Shown here piece by piece: positions 15,822 to 35,665 of a stretch of DNA of 64,000 nt. Below the pieces are notes generated by a model, which did no database searches, was not told the DNA's origin, and was given only the letters and a program-made list of their open reading frames with translations. A program made the position numbers and the translations under genes. Within the stretch, counting starts at the first letter, position 1. The number at the start of each line of letters is the position of its first letter. The stretch lies in assembly GCF_009914755.1 (NCBI RefSeq), contig NC_060926.1. One strand, 5' to 3'. The stretch is from the human T2T-CHM13v2.0 reference genome, Homo sapiens.

Positions 15822-17002
15822 TCTTGCCAAGGCCTCTGGATTATGTCTTCAACAAAATCTAAAAGTTTAATTTCTGTTCAGTAGGTACAACATGCAAAAA
15901 ATAAATTGCCATAATTATTATTAGCATTTTCTTACTAACAGATTTTTCAAAAGCTGTTTCCATATCAAGCAGATCAACCTTTCTGTTGTCATAGAGACAA
16001 AGATCTTTATATAGCCATGGGCAAGGTGAGATTTTTTTCTCCTCTTTCCAGTTGCCTAGAACTAATAAGAAAGGAAAGGAAATTTTTTAAATCAGTTTTT
16101 TCTTTCATTTTTTCCCCAATTAAAGTGAGTGAAATGTGGGAGGTTATATTTTGTATCACATTTTAGATTTTAAATACCTATGTTTTTCATAAAATATGAA
16201 AGGGGAGGAAAAATTTGAACGATGCCATTTTCAAAATTTGTAAGCAGCAGGCTTGTCAGTGATAAGCAGCTATAATCCATGTACCTTGTTTTTTTTCTTC
16301 TTCTTAAACCAAATAGTGAACTTTGGATGGAGGTCTTAGAAGGTAAGGTTACTAGGACCCCAAATGACTAAAGCATAAATTAACATCTATTGAGGGACTA
16401 ATGCTGAATCCTAAGGTGCTCTGCAGTACTTGCCTCCTCCAACCCTGAGAACTTGGAGTGCTCCCCTTCTCTCTGCAGAGGCAAAGTCTATGATAATGTA
16501 GTGCAAGACCACATCCTCTCCTCCTGGAAGACTTACCTCATAATTTAAGCTTTCTTTTTTTTTTTTTTATGAACTGATAACTTGCCATCATAGCAGTTTT
16601 CTGTCTCATAATTACTGTTTATCATTTCATGCATTCATCATCAAGAAAAGAGGATTTCAGTATGAACCTGTCCACTTTTCCTGTCCTTTGTCTTAATATT
16701 GAGTTATTCCTTTACCCATAGGTCTTCTTACCTCAGGACTCAAAACTTCTTATTCTTTCTAAGGTTAATCTTTCCCCCATGTTGTTAGACTGATGCTCTC
16801 CTCCTACCCCCATTGAGATCTGACAATTAACATTCCTCCCTCATTCCCTGTATCTTCAGTCTGTCCTCCATGGATTCCTTCCTGCAGTCCTCTTTGAGGA
16901 AAAAAAAAACTTCCCTCAATTCTGCTTATTTTCCGTCTGCCTCTGGGTTTAGGATTTTGATTTTATGCCTTTTTGCAATAAATAGGTGTTATGCCGGATT
17001 TT

Positions 17003-17048
17003 GGCGGGGGGGGGGGGGGTGGGGGGGTGGGGTGGGGGTGGGGAAGGG
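17003..17048 (+). repeat. G-run array (G14-T-G7-T-G4-T-G5-T-G4), predicted G-quadruplex
   Basis: Read directly: five G-tracts separated by single-T loops. Confidence 0.85.
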
Positions 17049-17119
17049 AAGTGTATGGCACAAGGACTTTTAAAATATACTTTTTCCTCTCTAAGATGAT
17101 ACCTCCCTGGAGAGCTGTG

Positions 17120-17305
17120 CCTTGGTTCTCAAACTTTAGTATGCATCAGAATCACCTGAGGAGCTTGTTAATCTGTAGCCTGCTGGACCCCACCCCTGGA
17201 GTTTCTGATTCAGTAGGTTGGGGCTGAGGCCTGAGAATATGCAGTCTAACATTTCCCAGGTGATGTTCATACTGCTGGGCTAAGACCATACTTTGAGAAA
17301 TATTG
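17120..17305. mobile_element. MER5A
   Basis: ggttctcaaacttt...gcatcagaatcacctg...ttctgattcagtagg...actttgagaa. Confidence 0.85.
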
Positions 17306-17845
17306 CCTTGAAGTAACAACCCTCCCTTTGCTTAACATGCACCTCTCTTGTCATATGGATGTTGGTGTCACTATGTTGTGCCAAAAGTTACCCTGTTTTG
17401 GCCTGCATATGCTCAACCTCCACAGAGTGACAAGGGCATCTCTTGAAAGATGAGGGCATCTCTCAACCATCTGGTGCTCAGGAAATGAAACCTTGTGAGG
17501 GTCACCACGCTTGGCTAAGGAGGCTAAATGACTGGCAGAGGATGTTCCTGGTGGTGGATGCTCAGGGTCTCTACCCCCAAACCTAGTCAGCCCTATCAGA
17601 TATTTTTGAGGGGTTCTAGGATTCTTGAAACCCTGCTGAAAGGCAGCAGGAGAAAGTGGGATTTTTAAAAAAAATTTACTTCAGCCTTTTCCAGGGAAGG
17701 GGGTCCCCTCCTGAGAACAGCACGTGGCAGCAGGAGCCCTTGAGAGATCTTACTGAAAAGCTGAATTGAAAAGGAACTGGGACTTGGCCCACCCATTCAT
17801 GCCCCCAGTGGGAGTTCTTTGCTCAGTACTAATTTTGGAGAAACT

Positions 17846-17847
<2 letters not shown>

Positions 17848-17877
<30 letters not shown>
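17848..17877. repeat. (GT)n microsatellite
   Basis: About 15 GT units. Confidence 0.95.
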
Positions 17878-17880
<3 letters not shown>

Positions 17881-18519
17881 ATTAAGAAAGCAGTAGTTTT
17901 TCTTACAAAGATGAGCAAATTTAAAAAGATAATTAATAGATAAAATCCTGAATTGCTATTCAATAGCTGTGAGACCTTGAGCAAGTTATTCCTTCTCCTT
18001 GGATCTCAGTTTCTTCTAATCTGTATGATAAGTAGCAGGCAAGTGAGAAAGTCTGTTAGTAGTACAGTCATTCTTAAGAGCAACATGGCATGCTTGTCAG
18101 GGACGGACCAGGGCTGGAACTTGGAAGGCCTGTTGCATGGATTTGTGGATTGATTGAAACAAATTCTATCAGCATGGTCCATTCCTTCAGGGAATGGACC
18201 TGACAAGATAATTAATGGAAACTAATTAATATAAACCCCTCAACCCTTTAACTGTATCTCTCAACCACAATTATTCCCAGAAGGCCTTTAACTTTTCCAC
18301 ATGAAGAAGCCTGGCCTGGCAGGGAGGGTGAGTCTCCTCTATGAAACAGCCCGTGACAGACTGTTGGGGGCTCAAAGGAAATGGCAGAGGGGGTGGTCTC
18401 CTTCCTTCCCCAGCACAGAATTCCATCATCTCTAATTGTTAGGACATGATCAAGACCTCTACCAGCCTTTTAGATACTCTTGTCTTTTGTCTTTTTTTCC
18501 CTTTCTTTTCTTTCCTTTT

Positions 18520-18790
18520 CTCTTTTCACAGCTGTATTGAGATGTAAATCCTACGCTATAGAATTTAAAGTGGACAATGCAATTGTTTTTAATATGTTCA
18601 CACGCAACTGTCTCTACAATCTAATTTTACAAAAATTTCACCACCACCCCGCCCCAAGCCCATACCCACTGATTAGTAGTCACCTACTGTCCCTCCCATC
18701 CGCTTCCCCAGCCCTGGTAACTACTAATCTACTTTCAGTTTATCTGGACATTTCATGTAAATAGTATTATAAAATATGTGGTACTTTTTT
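18520..18790 (-). mobile_element. Old L1M (L1MB/MC-like) 3' fragment
   Basis: cccagccctggtaactactaatctacttt...tctggacatttcat motif of L1M 3' ends. Confidence 0.65.
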
Positions 18791-19557
18791 TTCTAAATAG
18801 GAGAAAGGAGACCTGATGACACCCTGATAGTCTAGTACTAAAGGCTCCCCTTCTCCTCTTTACCCCATTACTCCAGAAACAACGCCCTCCCCCAGGTTGC
18901 TGATGTATACAATCCCTCAATCAGGCCTGTGAGTGTGGAGGTGGTGCGCGGGTGCCAGCGGCAGGGCACAGGGCCTTTGGTCCATTAGACCATGAGACTG
19001 AAGTTCAAGCACATCTGGGCACGGTGGAGCAGCGGCTTGTGTGCTCACTAAGATGCCCGTGTGACTGCCAGCAGTCAGTTGACAGATTAGGTCACCCTTG
19101 GCCATAGGGCCTGAGCACTCCATTCCTAGAGGACCACAGGGTGCCAGAGCTCACATTCACCTTCCCTGACGTGGCTGGCCCAAGGCTCAAAGGCCTGTAA
19201 GACTTCTCTGGCAGAGACCCCTGCCAGAGGAGTTGAGGAGCGTCACACCCATATTCCCTTCAAGCAGCGGCAGAGAGCAGGCCTTCCCCTGAGGTTCCTG
19301 AATAGTTCTACTCCCCCGGCCACAGCCCCAACCAGGGGTAAAGAATGGGGCTGGGGCTCTCAGAGGCATGGGGTGGTAAAAACAACCACCAAGCTTTGGG
19401 TTCTCATCACCCTAAAACGTGGGGGAAATTTGATAGGGCAAAGCGTTTTTCTCCAAGCTTCCAGGGAAAGGGGGCCAAAGGAGTAGGGAGGGAAGGTGGC
19501 ATAGAGCGATGGAGGGTCCTGCATCAAGGGCGCCGCGACGGGAGCGCTGTGTACTCA

Positions 19558-19926
<369 letters not shown>

Positions 19927-22484
19927 CTACTTTCCCCTGTCTTGTCCCCTACCATCTGCAAATGGCCCTAGCTATAGGAGGTAAAGAGATTTAATGGCAA
20001 ATGTTTTGGATTAGAGGTGGGGAGTTCTGAATTGAGTGAGTTGTGACGCTTCCCGGAACCCCTTTTATTTCATTTGTGAAAGGGTCCGATGGATACTCGC
20101 TATACCCACATCAGAAGGCGTAAGAGTGCCTGGCTCAGACATTTTTCCTCTCTTTTATCCTCAACCCCTAATCCTTTCCCCTTCTCTTTCACCAAATCCC
20201 TCCACTCTACAAGTAATCTTTGCCCATCCTCCCAACTACCCCAGTAATTTCTCTTGGTGGTAAATGCTTTCTTATTTATGGTATAGCTATTTGGCTTGGT
20301 CCTGTATCTCTTCTATAGATTGGGAGGTCCTTGAGAGCAAAATCCAATTCAGATTTATTTTTGTATTCCTTCTGGCTTCTACATGGTAAGTCCTCAGTAA
20401 AGATTTGTTGAATGAATGAATGAAACTGCCTAATACTGGTAGCAGCTGCCCCATAGAAGGCCCAGGATAGGCTAGACCTTGTAACAGGTGCTCTGCCTCA
20501 CATCATGTTTAAGCTCCACATTGAACTAGCAGGGTGTTTGCGATGAGAAAAATGTCCCAAGAGGTATGTGGCTTCCCTGAAGTCACACGGTTTTAAAGTA
20601 GTGAAACCTGGAACTCATGTCTATCACCTACCACCTCTCACCAATGCAAAAAGCTGCTATGATCTACATACCAAAGAACTTAGGAGACAAAATTTTATGG
20701 TAATCATGGGGATCCATAATATCCCTTCTTTGATTTGATCATTTCTCCCTTCCAAGGATTCTGTTTGGATTCTGGAAATCCTAGCAGTTTTGCTGGAAGA
20801 GGTGGACTTTGAAAGCTGGGAAGGCATTTAAGGCTTTAAAGAGAGGAAATATAAGAATAGATTTCTTTCACTCTGAAGCCAGTTCTCAAGGATGGGCTCC
20901 TTCATTCACCATTCTACAGTCTGTTGCTCAAGGAGGGTAGATTATTATTATTTTAAAAACTTGTTTGGCTTTGGCCACATTGTGCTAGATGGCACAAAAA
21001 CAATGCTCATGTCTATAATATTGTCTTCTCTGGATCCTCTCTTCAACTGCTTATAGATGACTCCTCACCCTTTAATACCTCTGCATGGGCTGTCCCCACT
21101 ATTTTCTCTTCTTTTTCCATTATTCCATTAGATAAACTCCCAGTTGTCCTTCAAGACTCAGCCCAATGTCATTTCCACTTTGATTCTTCTCTGAGTCATC
21201 CTAGTTGAGTAGTTGTGGCCATAACACCTGGTTCTACAGCAGGTAATCTAACACACTGTAATTGTGGGTTTAATTTTTCTTTCCCCTCTCTATTCATCTC
21301 AATATCAACAGAGCATGTCATAGCTTCTAGCTCCTAGTAGGTGTTCCATATGTGTCTGTTGAATAATAGAGTGAATAAGTGAGGCCCAGATTTGTAGTAG
21401 ATGCTCAGTAAACTATCTGAGAAGAGCTTGATACCCTCACTTGCTTTATTCTCAACCACGCTGGATCTATCTGGATATGTAAAAAGTAATTATACATGAC
21501 GACTTTGGGTGTCATGTTCTCTGTTCTCTTTTAGTTTTGTCAGATTTTGGTAGGGAAGTTGGGGTAGGCACTGGGATTTTTAAAAGTTTTCACCATGTAT
21601 CTTGAATGGAAGGAGAGAAAGAATGAATAACTCAAGGTGCCTGAATGGCTTTTCTTTCAAGTCTCATGTTTTATGTGACTTTTTTCTTTTTTTAACCCTG
21701 TAGTGTACCTGTTATATATAAAAAAAGTTTGCTCCCACCCACCCCTGAATCTTTGAAAACAATGGATATTCCAGAAGAATCATTTAATTCTGTACTCCAG
21801 TAGGAGGACTAGGCAATCAGAACACTAGGATTTTCCTTCTGTTTCTGCTGTCAATCATGAGATTTGCCCTTCAGTCTCTTCATCTGTAAGAAGAAGGGTT
21901 GAAGTTCACTATCCCTAAGGCTCTTCTGGCTCTAAAGATGCAAGGACTTTCTAAGCAGCTCCTACAGAATTGCTAGTGGGAGGAATTGGATTGTATATAT
22001 TGACTTCTTATAACTTGTCTTGGATTGGAAATAAAATCCTGTTTATGAGGAGTTGAGGTTGTTCGTTTGGAAGAAAGCTAACAACTGTAATGAGTTTTCA
22101 TAAAATTTTACTATCTAGATTAATTTCAGTTGGATCTTAATTATCACATCAGTTCTTGCAATGTAACTATTATAATAAAATCATATTGATTCATTTGTTA
22201 TAATCACAAAAGTTTGTTACAATGGAATTTACCTATCTTATTCATTAATACTCATTATGAGTGAGTATTTTTAAATCCAAAGGACTTTGTTTCATTAACT
22301 ATGCTTATAGCTACTTTGTCAGAGAACTTCAAACCAACATGACCCACAAAGATTGCTGATTACATTTTAATGACAAAATAAAGTTCACAGAATTCACAAA
22401 TATTTTATCCTACTTTAGAGATAGAAAAACATACTGACACCGTAACTCAGAAATTGCAATTAAAACTCTCCAAAGTTTTAGAAT

Positions 22485-22668
22485 GGAGCTTCTCATATTT
22501 TAGGGTGCAGAAATATCATTTGCAAAGCTTTAAATACGAAGATTCCTAGAACTTTCCCTATGAGATTCTGATTCCATAGATATAGAGTGGGGTCCAATAA
22601 TCTGCATTTTAACAAGCTTTCTCGTGTAATTTTGATGCATGTAGTCCTAGAGCACAATTTGAGGAATA
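22485..22668. mobile_element. MER5A/MER5B
   Basis: agattctgattc...aatctgcattttaacaagc...tttgag. Confidence 0.7.
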
Positions 22669-23003
22669 CAAAAATGGTAATCCTAGAATTAAATTTGCCT
22701 GAAGAAAACAAAGCTCAAGAATCTTTATTAAGGACTTTGAGTGAAGCCTAATAATTTTGATGCATCTTAAAAGAAACCTTGATATGTATAAGCATAGAAA
22801 TAGTATATTCTGTATACCTGTGTTTAAATGTCTAAAATTATTTAATTGGTTATATTGCTGAAATTTATTTATTTATTTATGGAATGAGCCATGTTGCAAA
22901 ATCATGGAATCTATTTTCTTTATGCCACCCTAGGTCAAAACTCAATAGCATCTGAAGTTACATTAACACATTGGAGTTGAAAGACATTAGCAAAGTAATT
23001 TTT

Positions 23004-23536
23004 AAAAAAATTTTTACTTTAAGTTCTGGGATACATGTGCAGAACGTGCAGGTTTGTTACATGGACATACCTGGGCCATGGTGGTTTGCTGCACCTATCA
23101 ACCCGCCATCTAGGTTTTAAACCCCGCATGCATTAGGTATTTGTCCTAATGCTCTCCCTCCCCTTGCCCCCCATCCCCCAACAGGCCCCAGTGTGTGATG
23201 TTCCCCTCCCTGTGTCCATGTGTTTTCATTGTTCAACTCCCACTTATGAGTGAGAACATGTGGTGTTTGGTTTTCTGTTCCTGTGTTAGCTTGCTGAGAA
23301 TGATGGCTTCCAGCTTCATCCATGTCCCTGCAAAGGACATAAACTCTTTTTTATGGCTGCATAGTATTCCATGGTGTATATGAGCCACATTTTCTTTATC
23401 CAGTCTATCATTGATGGGCATTTGGGTTGGTTCCAAGTCTTTGCTCTTGTAAATAGTGCTGCAATAAACATACATGTGCATGTGTCTTTATAGTAGAACG
23501 ATTCATAATCCTTTGGGTATTCCCAGTAATGGGATT
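23004..23536 (-). mobile_element. 5'-truncated L1 (L1PA8-like)
   Basis: L1 3' end on the minus strand with the ctaggttttaa-ccccgcatgcattagg diagnostic; flanking direct repeat ATTAGCAAAGTAATTTTTAAAA at 22986-23007 and 23534-23555. Confidence 0.92.
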
Positions 23537-23899
23537 AGCAAAGTAATTTTTAAAACCTTAAGTAGAATAGGCAAGGTTTTTTGATTATTGAACACATACC
23601 CTGTTAGTATAATAACTGGTATTTCTTCTCACTTAAAAGCAGTGGTTTTACCTTTCCCTTGGAAGAAAAGGTGAATGTAGGCAGAGGAAGAAAAAATTGC
23701 TTAAGAAGAGAAAAATACAGTTACATCTCTGAGCTGTTCACCTTTTTACCTGGGGTAAAAAAACTAAACAAAACAAAATAAGGAGAACAAAAAAGACAGT
23801 CCATGAAAGTTACACTCCAAAATTTCATGCAAATTCTTTATTGCTTGTTTAGAATTTTCATCTCCATTTCACTGTCTACATAATGTAAAATCAGAGCTG

Positions 23900-24350
23900 C
23901 GATCATCTGTGCCACCTCCCACACAGCCCTGGGGTTCTTGTGGGCCTCAGCAGGAGTTTGAAGCTGCAGGATGATAGGAAGCTGGGCCGGTAATTGGAAT
24001 GTGATGATTGGTCTGGGGCATGAGAATCCTACTCTAAGGCTGATGGAGAGAGAGAGTTGGAGAAGGGGCCTTGCCTTTTTGGTCATGTTGCTGGAAGGAT
24101 GTGAATGAATTAGGGGCTGCTGTCCTTCTTGTCTCATGGAAAAAGCCTGTTTGTGCTGGCAACAACTAGAGGAAAGTAGAGATGAGAAATAGATGGGGGC
24201 AAGCAGTCTTGTTAATGTCCTTTGACTTCATGGAACTGGTCATGCCTGAGGCCAGCTCTACCCTTGGACTTCCTAAGTAATGAGCTAACACACTCCCCTC
24301 CTGCTTAGTCTAGTTGGAGTTGAGTCTCTCTCACTTGCAACCAAAATTCT
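23900..24350 (+). mobile_element. Old MaLR LTR (MLT1-like)
   Basis: 3' motif ctacccttggacttcc...ctagttggagttgag...cacttgcaacc; boundaries approximate. Confidence 0.5.
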
Positions 24351-24829
24351 TCATCTCTACTATCAGCCTTGCTGTGAACTTTATTTAACCTGCCAACTTC
24401 CCTCATCCCTTCCCAGTTAGGAGAGAAATAGGGCTTTTCTATTCTTATCTCTGTCACAGGACTCATTATAGTCATAGTGAATTTTTCTCCTTTGCATTGA
24501 CAGCCTTTATCATCGTACTTCTAGGAATAAACAAGTCAAATGAGTGAATGAACAAATGAATGAGTGCACAAAGAAGTAGTGTAGTAGAATCACGTTATTC
24601 CTCTTTGTAGAGAAACTGCATTTTGTTACATAATTTACCTAACATCATTTTTCTTTTAGGGAAGGCCTCTTACTGAAAACTTGGTTTAGCAATTAAACTT
24701 CAAGCTAAAATATTAGACAGAGGCAACACAAGGAAAGTGAGAAAGTTTTCTGAAATGATGATATAAATCAACAAAGAAACAAGATTTGATTGTTTAAAAT
24801 CAGTGTCGAATTAATTAAAGTGTGTGCTA

Positions 24830-25150
24830 CAGCAGCCGTCCCCAACCTTTTTGGCACCAGGGACTGGTTTTGTGGAAGACAGTTTTTCCACGGATGGTGT
24901 GGGTGGCTGGTTTCATGTTGAAATTCTTTCATCTCAGATCATCAGGCATTATGTTCTCATAAGGAGCATGCAACTTAGATCCCTTGCATGTGCAGTTCAT
25001 GATGGGTTCATGCTCCTATGAGAATCTAATGCCGCCGCTGATCTGACAGGAGGTAGAGCTCAGGCAGTAATGCTTGTTTGGCCATTGCTCACCTCCTGCT
25101 GTGCAGCCTGATTCCTAACAGGCCAGGCCCTGGGGGTTAGGGAATCCTTG
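24830..25150. mobile_element. MER1B (Charlie3-derived)
   Basis: gtccccaacctttttggcaccagggactggttttgtggaagac...gagaatctaatgccgccgctgatctgacaggagg. Confidence 0.9.
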
Positions 25151-25283
25151 TACCACAGGATACTGTTTTTCTGCCAGGCTAATTAGCAGTATTTAGGGGA
25201 AAGGGACCAAAACTCAAGAAATTTGAGGAAAATTGGGTTAAAAAAGTTAAACAAGGTTCTTTACTAAAGAGTTTTCCAGAACA

Positions 25284-25551
25284 TTTTTTATTTTCATTTT
25301 TACTTTAGAGTTGGGGTCTCACTCTGTCACCCAGGCTAGAGTGCAGTGGCATGATCATACCTCATTGAAGCCTCAGCCTCCTTAGTAGCTGGGACCACAC
25401 CTGACTAACTTTCTTAGTTTTTTTATTTTTTTGTAGAGATGAGGGTTTTGCTTGTTGCCCTTGTGGGTCTTGAACTCCTGATCTCAAGCGACCCTCTTGC
25501 CTTGACCTCTGAAAGTGTTGGTATTGCAGGTGTGAGCCACTGTGCCTGGCC
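25284..25551 (-). mobile_element. Alu (AluJ-like), diverged
   Basis: Reverse Alu with an internal deletion. Confidence 0.85.
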
Positions 25552-25623
25552 TCTGAGAACTTTTAACATGCATTCTGGATCTCCAAGAGGGCCACAGTAT
25601 ATGCAGGAGACTGGTGTTTCTTT

Positions 25624-32084
<6,461 letters not shown>

Positions 32085-34590
32085 CTGGTGTTTCTTTAAG
32101 AAACTTCAAGAATACTGACTTGGGAATACACTTTGAGAAAATGAACTTATTCACAAATTTTCAGGCACATGGATTTTATGGCAAAGAACCCCTTCACTGA
32201 TCTGGAAGCCAGAGCTCACCTTAGTATCCATTTAGCAGACTAATGAGTGGGCCTGGTGAGGACAGGAAAGATCATCCGGACTCCTATTCTTCTCCCCTCC
32301 ATACCTCAATCCAGATATTCAAGGTCTAGAAATTCCAGGGTTATCAATATATTCCTTGAGGGCATTGCCCTTTCCAGGCTCCTTTTTGAAATGAAAATAC
32401 AACACAGGGTGGGAGCACTTTGAATCAATTGTATCTTCATCTGAATTATTTGTTTTTAGAATAAGTTTGGAAGACCTCAGGGTGGTGTGAGGATACTGGA
32501 TATGTAGAGCATAGGAGGTGGGCCCTCTAAAGGGAGGGGAGGAATCCCCACAGGAAGCTTCCCCCCATCAAGGCTGTGCCAGGAAGTAGACCCTACATAC
32601 GGCTTTCTCTCAGATGCATTCAGAACCCAGAGATTAGGGGGAGTGAAGGAAACCCATGTTTAACTCTTGGCTTGCTTTGAGTGGATGCAATGGCCCTCTT
32701 TTCTCATCCTCTTCCTCAGCCTGTATAGGGTCTTCTTTCAGGCATGCTGAGACACTGCTTGCTTGGATGCCAGCTCTATTAGAGATGCACTATCCGAAGG
32801 CCTGCTGCTGATAATATCTGTCACATTGAATTATGCCTTCTGGGCATGATGTGGCATGCAGACAGAGAGGCCAGTCATTACCCTAGGGCTAATAAGGCCC
32901 TTATCAAAAGGGGAATCTCCTTCAAAGAATAGTTTAGAAATAGCAGGCGGTACTGAATTTTGCATGTGGGGCTGACAGTCTGTAAGAATACTGCTCTTGT
33001 TTTCAGGAAATGAGAATTCTTTCGGCAAAAGGAGAAGCTGATTTGCAGAAGTGCTGAGCATGCCTGAGAGAGATGGGAGTGATCAAGACCAAGAGTGCCA
33101 TTTGGATGTGCAGAGTTGAGGTGACATCTGCCTGGAGAGATTCAGGAGGCAGCTGAAATACACTCACGTAAAGCAAGAGAAACACTAAAATGGGAGAGAC
33201 AAATTTGGGAATCCTACATTTGTCGTTGTCAAAGTTTAAGAATCACTTTTGAGAAGTTCCTTAAGAGATGGATTGGGAGGGCGCATTGGGAGATTCTGCT
33301 TCTGTATACTTGATGTCAGGACAGGAAATGTGAATTTAAAAAGTGTCCGAGGAGACTTTTATGCAGGGAGGAGGGGCCCCAAAGGCCTTCTGGAAAACAC
33401 TTCTTCAAATTGATAGAGAAACCCATGGTGAAGAAAAACGGGCTAAGGACAGCACCATGGGAATGCCTGTGCCCACAATGGGGAAAAGGAGGAATCGGAG
33501 GAGCCAGGGAAGAAGATGGAGTAGGGGCCATCAGAGAGATATGAGGAGAGTGGAACATGCAGTGAAATCGACCATCCACCTAAGAAACCATACAAAGGAC
33601 AGGCGAAAACAAAGTAGTTTATTCCTCCTTGAAATTAAGACATGAAAATTAAAACCCTGTGTATGACTTTACTCCTAAATTAGCCAAGAGAAAAGTCACT
33701 TAAAGGAAGCACCAAATGGCAGAGAAATAATTATAAAACATACACTCATGCATTTAAAATGATTTAAGCCTTTTGGAAAGCAATATGGTAATTCCCATCT
33801 AGAGCCAGGCATATGTGTATATCCCACAATCCAGTGATTCTAGCACTGAGAACTTTCCAAAGAAAATAACTGAACACAGTAAATAAGCCATAAGAATGAA
33901 AACGATCATTATAGCAGTATCTATATGATAAATTTGAGATACCCTGAATACTCAGCAACATTACAGTGATATAAAGACATTATGATTCACTTAATGAAGT
34001 ATGCAATAATTTAAAATGACAATTTGGCTGATTTAGAGATATAGAAAAAGTTGTATATTGAAAAACTTAGAATACAAAGTAAAACTTATATTGTAAATAC
34101 AAAAATGTAAGTATGTTTTTTGAGAAAAAAAGGAAAGTAATTTTGTGTCCCAATTTTGTACCTTTAAGTCAGTTAAGTATGTGTACCATTTACCTGGTAG
34201 CCTATAAAGCAAGCCATGGATACCAACTGGTATTCTTGGCAGTTATAAGGTGCTCAGATAGCCAAAATAGCTGTGTAAATATCCTAAATCCCATCCTTTC
34301 CTTATTGAGTTGGTTTCCAACTCTTCTTTCCAACTCTTCTCTCTTTGTCTGGTTTAGGATGCTGCCTATGACTCTGTACTTTATACTAGCATCTGTTCTT
34401 TCACACTTCTTTTACATGCTTCTCAGATTGCTTGGACCAGCTGTCCCAGTTTCAGATAATCTCAGCTATTGAAGCCCACTCTAACAGCCCTGTAATAAAA
34501 GTACTTGTGTTTAAGTTTTTACTTACGAAAAATTACATTAAAGCAATGTTCATGGTAAAACTAGCCAAATGGCTTTTAAAAGCTAATATT

Positions 34591-34884
34591 GTCAGGTGTG
34601 GTGGCTCACACCTGTAATCCCAGCACTTTGAGAGGCTGAGGCAGGAGGATTGCTTGAGCCCAGGAGTTTGAGACTAGCCTGGGCAACACAGGGACACCAC
34701 ATCTCTATAAAACATTAAAAAATTAGCTTGGCCTGGTGGCATAAGCCTGTGTTCCCAACTACTTGGGAGGCTGAGGTGGGAGGGTCATCTGAGCTGGGGA
34801 GATCAAGTCTGTAGTGAACCATGATCATGCCACTGCACTCCAGCCTGGGTGACAGAGTGAGACCCTGTCTTAAAAAAAAAAAAA
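34591..34884 (+). mobile_element. Alu (AluJ-like)
   Basis: gaggattgcttgagcccaggagtttgag; TSD AAAAGCTAATA(T/G)TG at 34578 and 34881. Confidence 0.93.
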
Positions 34885-35219
34885 GCTAATAGTGAAAAAT
34901 ATAATACTTGCCTGCACAGTTTCTGTAGATCAGAAGTTTGGTGAAGCTTAGCTGGTGGAGGATGGGCAAGGATCTGGTGGTTTAACCTCTCTGTATACAG
35001 ACTTTCAATTAATAGATCTGTTTTTAGCTCCACACTATACCCCTACCTTACTGCAATAACTTGAGTCTCCAAGACCTGAGACTTTCTGCTAATCCAGTTC
35101 AATGCTTATCAGATCCTACAGATTCTTTCTGTAGGGCTTTCAGGGTATCCTGCTACGTTGACTACTGCTCATCCATCTGCGTGCCTTCCAAATATTTGTT
35201 AAGATCTTTCACCTACAGT

Positions 35220-35665
35220 TGTGCATTAGTTCAGGTCCTTCAAGAGGCAGATACCAAGACGATATTAAATGTACAAGGATTTTGTTAGGGAACTGCCTCT
35301 GTGCGAGAAAATGGTGGTGTGGGGGGAGCCAGAAAAGACTTGGAAAGTGTCAGACTGAAATGAGAATGAAGGAGAGAAGAAAGGAATGCTGAGTGGTAAT
35401 GTCCTAGACCACAGTGCAGTCTGAGGAAAGTTCAACAAGGCTGACAAGAGTATTTGAGTCAAAGCTGGCTGTTGGACCCTGGGAATGGACCTGCCTGAAT
35501 TTCCCTAGCATACTCATTGAGTAATGATTAGCTGGGAGCTGCCCTGGGGAAGCATGGCTTGGGTCAAGATCAGCTGTGGATGTAGCAGGATTTCAGAGCC
35601 CAGCAGTGGGGATCCTTGGTCAATTCCACTCCCATGGATAGGGGCATGAGTAGTCTCATGGCAAC
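35220..35665. mobile_element. Old ERVL-type solo LTR (LTR16/LTR33-like)
   Basis: Starts tgtgcattagttcaggtcc...gaggcagatacc...; resemblance by eye only. Confidence 0.4.
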
